A stretch of 64,000 nt of DNA, from the NCBI RefSeq assembly GCF_009914755.1, contig NC_060931.1; one strand, written 5' to 3'. The notes below the pieces were generated by a model. That model was not told the DNA's origin, did not search any database, and worked only from the letters and a program-made list of their open reading frames with translations. This stretch comes from the human T2T-CHM13v2.0 reference genome, Homo sapiens. Shown here in pieces: positions 59,641 through 64,000 of this stretch (positions are counted from its first letter, which is position 1; each line of letters starts with the position of its first letter). The translations under genes were made by a program, and so were the position numbers.

Positions 59641-60387
59641 CCCGTAGGAAGTGGTCTCTAACATTCTTACATTTATTCCTTTGATAAAAATGAATACATT
59701 TACAGGAGGTATTTTTTCAGAAATGTTGAGAATGACTGAACCCATAGCATGGAATAAGAATTATATTCATTTTCTATACTGTTAACAAAACTGCAATTTT
59801 ATTCAACAAACTACAAAAGCAATTCATTAGAATGTCCTATAATAGGGTGAGGAATTTAATAGAAACTCCTTAACAGTATGGGTTAGAGAATAGATTTCAT
59901 TCAAATTCATTCCAGAATCCTCTTTTATCCCATTTTGCAAATCATGCTCGTCATCTTCTGTGCATCCAATACCATTCTTGTTCCATTACAGTCGATTGGA
60001 ATGTCATTTTCTGATATCTGCTCCCTAACCCGAACCTTAAAAATAAGTCACAAGTGTGTACCAAGTACTTCTCATGGATGGTCTCATGTAACCCTTAAAC
60101 AACACAGATGCAGTTTTTTATACATATAATTTATACTTGTCTACATTTTATAGATGTTGAGGTACAGAACATTAAGTAATTTACTCAAAGTAACAGAGCT
60201 AGAAGAGAAGGCAAGCACTTCATCAGAGTTTTGAATACAAGGGGTGAAAGCTGTGATAGAGGTACAAATGCTTTGTAATATCATCATAAGAATGTTCTAA
60301 CCCTCCACTCTGTAACCTGAGATGTTCAATCATTTTATTAATCAATATAATTTGTAGTGATAAACATCCGGAAGAAGCAATGGCAGC

Positions 60388-60899
60388 TATATTCATTTCC
60401 TATTGCTGCTATAAAAAATCACTGTAAACTTAGTGACTTACCTCAACACAAATTTATTATCTTACAGTTCTGGAGGTCAGAAGTCCAAGCTGAGTTTCAC
60501 TGGCCCAAATTCAAGGTACGAGCAGGGCCCGTTCCCTTCAGAGGCTCTGGGATAGAATCCATTTCCTTGCCTTTTCCAGCTTCTAGAAGTCTCCTGCATT
60601 TCTTGGCTCACGCTCCTGCCTCCATCTTCAAAGCCAATAGCATGGCATCAAATTTCTGTCTCTGTTCTCTTTCCTTGTCACATCTCCTTCTCTGACTCTC
60701 CTGTTGCTCTCTTTTCTTTATAAGGGTCCTTGTTATTATATTGGACCCACCCAGATAATCCAGGATATTATCCCTGTCTCCAAATTGTTAAATCAAATCT
60801 ACAAAGTCCCTTTTGTCATATAAACTAACATATTCACAGATTCTAGGAATTAGAATGTGAGGATCTTATGGGGCGGGGGGCATTATTTTCCCTACCACA
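60388..60899 (-). mobile_element. MLT1D-like LTR, full length
   Basis: TTTCCTATTGCTGCT..TTACAGTTCTGGAGGTCAGAAGTCC..CCTACCACA. Confidence 0.9.
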
Positions 60900-60909
60900 A
60901 TATCATTGA

Positions 60910-61266
<357 letters not shown>

Positions 61267-61409
61267 TAACACTTATTATGGTATTACCTTGGGTGAGCTA
61301 TTTAATATGACATCCCCATTTTATCCATCTAAGTGTGTGCTTGTGATCAAAGTGAGACTACTCTGGTGCACCAGGAACTTCTCCCTTACTGGCCAATGTC
61401 ATATCCCTC

Positions 61410-61890
61410 CGGGTGCCACCTCATCAACCATTCTCGTGTAAACAGACAGAATTTACCTTTTGCACTCATAATCTCATGATTGTGTATTTCACTTTCCTCC
61501 ATTTCCTTGGATATTTGCTTGTTTTGACTTGTTTGGCATGTGCAGCCGTGGTAGTGCTAAGATATTCAATGTTCCTACCTGCTATTCTTTCCTTATGTTT
61601 CATTCAGTTCCAAACATCAGGATCCAAAGCTGCAAGCTTGTTAAGTGATTACACTCATTTTCTTCATTTACCATGGCGCCAGATTTCTAGCTTCTTTATA
61701 AAAACTAGCTCAGTCACGTGGCAGGTTCAACTAGAGATTCCAGATGCAGTCATTTTCTCCACCATAAATTATCTCAGCCTTACTCAGAGTTTGACCCATA
61801 AAGTTGGCAGAAAATTATTATTTTTTTTTAACCTGCCCCATTATTGTGGCTTGGACAGTAAAAAGATTGGAAAAGAAGCCCAGTGATTTT
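61410..61890 (+). mobile_element. Candidate ancient RT fossil X
   Basis: Single 157-aa ORF: PHQPF, CTHNL, AVVVLRYS, SLLSD, WRQISS, VIFSTINYL, DSKKIG in RT order. Confidence 0.45.
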
Positions 61891-62619
61891 TATTCTTAAT
61901 AGACAGGCAGATAACATAGTTTTCTTCCTACACTAAATATTTGCACAGCATGAAAGAAATTTTTCCATCCACTTTTTCTATATCTGTTCTACTTCAGAGT
62001 ACCAGGCCAGATTTCCAAATGGGACAACAGGTGGAACTCTCATTTTGCTCATGTTCAGGTACTAATTTTAACATCCAATTCTCCTTGTAATTATTGAATT
62101 TTTATATATTAAGAAAAAACTGACACTAAGTGTATGTGTTTAAAGGAAAATGGCTGACTCATAAATAGAATGATAATTTGATATTTATGAAGTGCCAGCT
62201 TTACCTATTAATGAGAATTCTGCAATTATCACTAAACTGTTTTGTGAAATTTTAGAAAATGACAAAAAAGGGTTACTAAATTTTACAATTAAAAGTCAAG
62301 AATGGAAAAATCATTTTGTGTAAATAATTATTTAGATACATATTCCTTTGCATTGATAGAAGTACTGGTATTATGGTCTTTTCACTCTCAAACCAAATAC
62401 CCCGTTCAAATATCAAACTACCAAGCAATGAATATTTATGATGAAGACTACTGCATATGGTAGACACTCAATTATTTGTGGAATGAGTGAAGTTGTGTAA
62501 TCAGTTGAAAGATACTTTGAAAGGGAAACAGAGAGACTGGATAAACATTAGCTGGTTTTACATTATCTACGTTAGGGAAATATGAGACTATATAAAGGAA
62601 ATGACATTAATGACTTCCC

Positions 62620-63092
62620 ATTTGTTCTGCTTCTTACTGCTGCCTAATAAAATGTGTGAAAACATAGTGGCTAAAAACAACAATAAGTATTTATTTTGCT
62701 CACGAATCTGCAATTTGGGTAAGAAGAGCTCCTTTTTGCTCAACATGGTATAAAGTGGATGGCTCTGCTAGTGGCTAAAAGACCTACGTTCCAGAGGGCT
62801 GCCTTACAAGGCCAGCAAGTTTGTGCTGGCTCTTGGCCCCCACGTGGGCCTCACCCTACAGACTGCCTATGGGCCCTTTGGTCTTCCTCACAACATGGAA
62901 GCTGGGTTTGAACACACACAAAGTAGAAGTTGCTAATTTCTTAAAGCCTGAGCCCGGAAACTCACATAGTGTCGCTTCTTCTGTATTCTAATATTAGGAA
63001 GTCACAGAGCTCAGATTCCAAGGGAAAAGACAGTCACCTTTAAAAGGAAGGAATTTCACAGAATTTGCAAACATGTTTGAAAACAACCACAC
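62620..63092 (-). mobile_element. MLT1H-like LTR
   Basis: TAGTGGCTAAAAACAAC..GCTCACGAATCTGCAATTTGGG..AACAACCACA. Confidence 0.8.
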
Positions 63093-63140
63093 GTTGCATT
63101 AAAACAAAACTCCAAGCTTCTTTCCTCAGCCTCAAGGTCG

Positions 63141-63357
63141 TAGGGGTTGGTAAACCTTTTCTGTAAAAGCCATACTGTAAATGTTTTAGGCTTGATGGGC
63201 GAAAGGACAATCTCTGTTGCAACTACTCAGCTCTGCTTTATTAGTGAGAAAACAACAGTAGATGATACATGAAAAAATGAGCATGTCTATGTTCCAGTAA
63301 AATTGTATTTACCAAAGCATATTTCAGGCCAGATTTACCTCACAGTGCCAACCTCTG
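63141..63357. mobile_element. MER58A (hAT-Charlie)
   Basis: AGGGGTTGGTAAACCTTTTCTGTAAA..TCTCTGTTGCAACTACTCAGCTCTGC..GCCAACCTCTG. Confidence 0.88.
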
Positions 63358-63379
63358 CTGTGCATGACATGCTTCCTCT

Positions 63380-63790
63380 TACTTCTCTATTCTCTCCTCT
63401 GCTTACTACACTCCAATCATACAGCTTCCTTTGAGTCCCCTAAAAGAAAAAAGTTTGTTTTCTCTTGCAGCCTGTGCACACCCTATTCCCAGTAGCACTT
63501 GCTTTAGCCTAAATGTTACTTTCTGAGCGAATTCTTAAATGTCTTATAGATCTCCCCTTGCTATTCTCTATGACAATGTTTTATTGCCTTACTAGCACCT
63601 TACATCTTATAATTAACATATGTTGTTTGGTTTCTTTAGCATTCCACCAATATTTGAGTGTCTACTGTCATCTAGAAGCAGTCTAGATAGTAGGATGAAG
63701 GTGGCGATCATGGCTTACAAGACTCCTGTGTACATGGGACAAGCATTCTTTTGGGAAAAATAGGCAATAAACAAGGAAGCAAATAAACAA
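63380..63790. mobile_element. L2 fragments
   Basis: Degenerate L2 body (+) then reverse 3' end. Confidence 0.5.
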
Positions 63791-63802
63791 GAAAATATCT
63801 GC

Positions 63803-63952
63803 CTTTTCTTTTTTCCCTCTGTCACCCAGGCTGGAGTGCAGTGACACGATCATGGCTCGCTGCAGCCTTGACCTCCTGGGCTCAAGCTATCCTCCCATGT
63901 CAGCCTTCTGATTAGCTGGGACTATAAGCATGCACCATCACACTCAGGTAAG

Positions 63953-64000
<48 letters not shown>
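63803..64000 (-). mobile_element. AluJ right arm running into an (ATT)n microsatellite; cut by the window end
   Basis: GATCATGGCTCGCTGCAGCCTTGACCTCCTGGGCTCAAG; (ATT)n from about 63958. Confidence 0.92.

Noticed and set aside
59880-60110. Further RT fossil candidate (IPES, AN, TSV)
   Set aside because: Too few and too weak motifs; similar weak hints near 49500-49800 and 62300-62450 were also dropped.

Overview
Human non-coding DNA (a human-specific AluYb8 is present). I see no protein-coding exon, intact RNA gene, CRISPR array or prokaryotic feature; the supplied ORFs are transposon remnants or chance ORFs. About half the window is recognisable repeats: L1MA at 1-5 kb (with nested MST, LTR2 and AluJ), full-length Tigger1, L1PB, older L1M pieces, 12 Alus, MLT1 LTRs, MIR/L2, MER elements and a 35-nt 3'-truncated U2 snRNA retrocopy. 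Main observation: most remaining 'unique' blocks, translated by eye with frameshifts allowed, show collinear degenerate motifs of a CR1/L2-type LINE reverse transcriptase (YRPISL, QHGF, DVIYLDFSKAFD, WIKNWL, QRVVING, SGVPQGSVLGPVLFNI, FADDTKLG). I count about 20-25 candidate ancient RT fossils on both strands. These alignments were made manually against a remembered consensus, are prone to over-fitting, and need frameshift-aware testing with a reversed-sequence control. Also seen: a 145-bp inverted duplication copied from one fossil, a perfect 111-bp tandem duplication and a template-switch micro-inversion. I cannot identify the locus.
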